Shown: one piece after another, positions 61,327 to 64,000 of the stretch
How positions within the stretch are numbered: position 1 is the stretch's first letter
Layout of the letters: the number at the start of each line of letters is the position of its first letter
Notes under the pieces: generated by a model
What the model saw: the letters and a program-made list of their open reading frames with translations, nothing else
The model's database searches: none
What the model was told of the DNA's origin: nothing
IMG/VR virus record: IMGVR_UViG_3300018877_000004
Span: 5,500-69,499 of that record
Strand: one strand, 5' to 3'
DNA: 64,000 bases
DNA from: a virus
Program-made: the position numbers and the translations under genes

Positions 61327-62549
61327 TAAAACCCCTTGCACACTTGCTCGGTATAGCTGCGAATTGACGGATAACCGCTCTGCGGTACGGTTGAATTTTT
61401 CAGGCTTGCATCCCCTGAGTACCAGATCGCAGCGGTACTGCGGCAGGCTTCAAAGTCACTTTCGCCTGATTCCTTTGCTTGAGTGAAAGCCTGTCCTAAC
61501 TTGCAATCTGCAATCTGATCTTGCAGTGCAGGTTGCGCCATAAATTCAGCCTGAGAAATCGATCGCCCTAAGCATTCTTGACTCCAGGGCGCGACATTCT
61601 CCGGCATCACCTGATATTTGCCCAACGCTCCGCTATCAACGTTCACCGCCTGAGCATCGCCGCCTGACTCTTGCCGCAGAATTCGCAGACGCAAGTCATC
61701 TCGATCGCCAATGCCGCTGTCACCATCCCCTAGCACGTTGTTTCCGGTTAGCGACCAAATCAGCCAGCCTTTGGTCGGTGGCACTGGTTGCCCGCTCTTC
61801 CACTCTTCCCAGTGCAAGTGGGCAGCGGTGCTATTGCCAGTGTTGCCAGTCTTGGCGTAGATTTGTCCACCCTTGTAGTTGCCGGATTGACAGCGCGATA
61901 GGTGCGCTGCCAAGAACTCATGAACTCCACCACCAAACTCCACCCGAATCACGGCATAAGTGCCAAACCCGTTGGGATCTGACTTGCATTCTACGGTTCC
62001 TCGATCGCCCACCATGTAAAGCGTTGTCCCCACTGGCGTAGCAGCATCAACCCCTTTGTGGTTGGTTGACGCTCCCGGCAATGGTGCTTCACGGTGTCCA
62101 AACCCGCTTGTGATTTCATAGCCTGCGATCGAGTCTCCCTCTTCAATCTGCGCCTGAAAGTCAGTCCCCAACATTTTGTTGATCACCGATTCAGAAGGAT
62201 CAGACAGATTGGCATAGAGGCAGACCGCTATCGTCGCAACCAACGCGATCGCCATCTCGTAAGAGTTGAGAGACGATCGCAGACTGCGGCTAGAGCGGGC
62301 AATATTTGCCAAAACCGATCGCTGTGCCTTCTGCTGCTCTACCTGTGCCTTGGTGGTACGGTTGAGCGCTTTGATTTGCGCTTCAATCGATCGCAGCACA
62401 GAAATAGTTGCAGCGTCAGAAGAATTAACCGGACGATCCACACGATCGAAGCCATCCCGAATTGCTTCGGCTACGGTGTCGGTTGAGGCAAACTGTCCGT
62501 TGGCATCATCTCGATATCGCTTGATGTTGGGGTCGAAGTAGACTGCCAT
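61326..62549 (-). CDS. Membrane-anchored peptidoglycan hydrolase: M23 peptidase + lysozyme-like/transglycosylase domain
   Basis: TM helix; ITSGFG.R...HKGVD and HLHWE (M23); QESGGD...ALGKYQ (lysozyme-like). Confidence 0.88.
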   Translation of the reverse strand: MAVYFDPNIKRYRDDANGQFASTDTVAEAIRDGFDRVDRPVNSSDAATISVLRSIEAQIKALNRTTKAQVEQQKAQRSVLANIARSSRSLRSSLNSYEMAIALVATIAVCLYANLSDPSESVINKMLGTDFQAQIEEGDSIAGYEITSGFGHREAPLPGASTNHKGVDAATPVGTTLYMVGDRGTVECKSDPNGFGTYAVIRVEFGGGVHEFLAAHLSRCQSGNYKGGQIYAKTGNTGNSTAAHLHWEEWKSGQPVPPTKGWLIWSLTGNNVLGDGDSGIGDRDDLRLRILRQESGGDAQAVNVDSGALGKYQVMPENVAPWSQECLGRSISQAEFMAQPALQDQIADCKLGQAFTQAKESGESDFEACRSTAAIWYSGDASLKNSTVPQSGYPSIRSYTEQVCKGF

Positions 62550-62704
62550 CTCTGCATCACTTGTTCAACGGGCTGACCACTGGCGATCGCATTGGCACTA
62601 TCGGCAGCTTTCCAGGAAAACTGGACGACATCGACTTTGAAAACTACCTGTGCGATCGCCGCAGTTAGCACTAGATAAAAGACTGATTTGAATGTGTCTA
62701 CCAT
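62471..62704 (-). CDS. Small membrane protein
   Basis: MVDTFKSVFYLVLTAAIAQVVF; ATG at 62704 is likely. Confidence 0.5.
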   Translation of the reverse strand: MVDTFKSVFYLVLTAAIAQVVFKVDVVQFSWKAADSANAIASGQPVEQVMQRWQSTSTPTSSDIEMMPTDSLPQPTP

Positions 62705-62709
62705 TGCTA

Positions 62710-62898
62710 TTAAGGGGCGGGTGGGTTGTACTGTGGTACGGGCTGCGTCCACTCTGATGTCTCGCTGGACTCATCGCCACCCAGTCCGACAGCAACGACA
62801 TCGCGCAAAAATTGCGCCATTGGACGGGGCACGATCGCCCCACGAGTGATAGAACCAATCAACAGAATCACAAGGGTAATTGCTCCAAGTGTCTTCAC
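62710..62898 (-). CDS. Small membrane protein
   Basis: GTGA overlap with the ATPase stop; N-terminal TM helix. Confidence 0.6.
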   Translation of the reverse strand: MKTLGAITLVILLIGSITRGAIVPRPMAQFLRDVVAVGLGGDESSETSEWTQPVPQYNPPAP

Positions 62899-63998
62899 GG
62901 TGTTTCTCCTTTTGCTTTGGTTTGTGCGTCTTCCCAGGCTTGCTTGACCAGAGAATATTTAGGGTCGCTCAGTCGTGTCTCACACCCGAAGCGCGGGCAG
63001 ATCTCACCTTTGAGCGGACTTTTGATCTCGCCTTTAACGAAGCGGCAGGCGAGATCAAATAGCCATTTTTGAGCTTGCTCATCAAAAACTTGTTGCCACC
63101 ATTGCTCGATCGCAGATTGGGGTGATTCGGGAACTTGCAATTCAAACTGCGAGATATCGAGGTGGGGCACTACCTTAATGCAGGGTTCTTCGCTGCCAAT
63201 CTTGGCGATCGCTGCATACTGACACCCTGACAGCTTACGAATGCGCTTCACCTCTTCCACTAGGCCGGCACTGTCGCGCACTCCAGGCAGACGGGCAGCG
63301 TTGTCTACGTTGATGGCACTTGCACCCAGAATCAGCACGTTAAGCTGCTCTTGCATTGCCAAATTAAAGCCCGTTTCACCCACGGCAAGGTTGTGCAGTC
63401 CAAAGGTGCATTCCATCTGGTAGCCAAGCCCTTGATAGAGAAGATCGCAAATCCAGCGCTGTAGCTGGGGTAAATCTTTTGGCGCTCCAGTGGACTTGAG
63501 TTTGTCGCGTCCCTTCGCTTCGTTGATTACCCCGATTGTCTCGTCTACCAGCAGCTTGCGTCGCTGTAGCTTCACCTGTCCGGTAGATTCCATGCAAAGC
63601 TTGCGCCGCCGCTGTAACTCATCCCACTCGGTCTGGATAGACTCGAAAATCTCCTCATACTCCACCCGGATAAAGCGATCGCGCGGCAGTCGAAACCAGT
63701 CGTTCACGTTGCCGTCTGCATCGGGCTTCTTGTAGTTGAGGTCGCAGATTGTCAGATGTCCATCAGGGTAGTCCTGATAGAAAACTGCCACTTCATAGAG
63801 CAGGTAGGTAGTCTTGCCGCTGCGAGTTACCCCAACAACCAGCTTCGATCGCTTGACGAACTCTCTCACCCAGTCCTCATGCAACAGCTTCTCAGCCAGC
63901 ACTGACACAAGCGATCGATAGCGCTCTGGTAGGCAGTTGATCGGGATGGCTTGCCGAATCACCGTGCGATTGTTGTGACCGAGTGCAGAGACAGAATC
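62895..63998 (-). CDS. FtsK/HerA/VirD4-like P-loop ATPase, 5'-truncated by the window edge
   Basis: VVGVTRSGKT Walker A and LLVDE Walker B; the frame is open to the window end. Confidence 0.75.
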   Translation of the reverse strand, partial: DSVSALGHNNRTVIRQAIPINCLPERYRSLVSVLAEKLLHEDWVREFVKRSKLVVGVTRSGKTTYLLYEVAVFYQDYPDGHLTICDLNYKKPDADGNVNDWFRLPRDRFIRVEYEEIFESIQTEWDELQRRRKLCMESTGQVKLQRRKLLVDETIGVINEAKGRDKLKSTGAPKDLPQLQRWICDLLYQGLGYQMECTFGLHNLAVGETGFNLAMQEQLNVLILGASAINVDNAARLPGVRDSAGLVEEVKRIRKLSGCQYAAIAKIGSEEPCIKVVPHLDISQFELQVPESPQSAIEQWWQQVFDEQAQKWLFDLACRFVKGEIKSPLKGEICPRFGCETRLSDPKYSLVKQAWEDAQTKAKGETP

Positions 63999-64000
63999 GA

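Larger units (their letters stand above)
1..64000. mobile_element. Temperate siphovirus-like cyanophage genome or episomal prophage; both ends run past the window
   Basis: Terminase, portal, capsid, tape measure, tail tube, endolysin, serine integrase, repressor and primase-helicase are all present. No host genes. Very frequent GCGATCGC/CGATCG (HIP1) indicates a cyanobacterial host. Confidence 0.95.

Noticed and set aside
61326-62549. M23/lysozyme protein as the main endolysin
   Set aside because: It has an internal TM anchor and sits in the ATPase operon, and a conventional PG-binding + M15 endolysin with a late promoter exists at 23862-24608.
1-64000. CRISPR array, tRNA or rRNA genes, reverse transcriptase/DGR, IS transposase
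   Set aside because: I saw no repeat-spacer array, cloverleaf, RT (YxDD) or transposase motifs by eye. Intergenic gaps are short and mostly explained by small ORFs. tRNAscan-SE and Infernal would be needed to exclude RNA genes fully.

Overview
The whole 64 kb window reads as one temperate, long-tailed (siphovirus-like) cyanophage or episomal prophage. No host housekeeping genes are present, and the cyanobacterial HIP1 palindrome (GCGATCGC / CGATCG) saturates the sequence. From left to right: an early and replication block (DNA methyltransferase, sigma-70 factor, XRE repressor region, SSB-like protein, Dda/RecD2-like helicase, P4/D5-type primase-helicase with an internal iteron/inverted-repeat origin); a large serine integrase with an apparently intact attP; a 7.5 kb minus-strand lysis/accessory operon (endolysin, HNH protein, a PilA-like type IV pilin, DUF3307, DUF6527-like protein, Rv2179c-like exonuclease, stand-alone EAL phosphodiesterase); a minus-strand tail operon headed by a 1650-aa MuF protein that carries a serine hydrolase domain; a divergent plus-strand operon (SigF-like sigma, terminases, portal, scaffold, capsid, head-tail and large fibre genes); and a terminal minus-strand module (P-loop ATPase, small membrane proteins, M23 + lysozyme-like hydrolase). 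A conserved GTAGGAAT-type motif lies about 30 nt upstream of many structural genes and is probably the late promoter. All functional calls come from visual motif recognition; no database searches were run.
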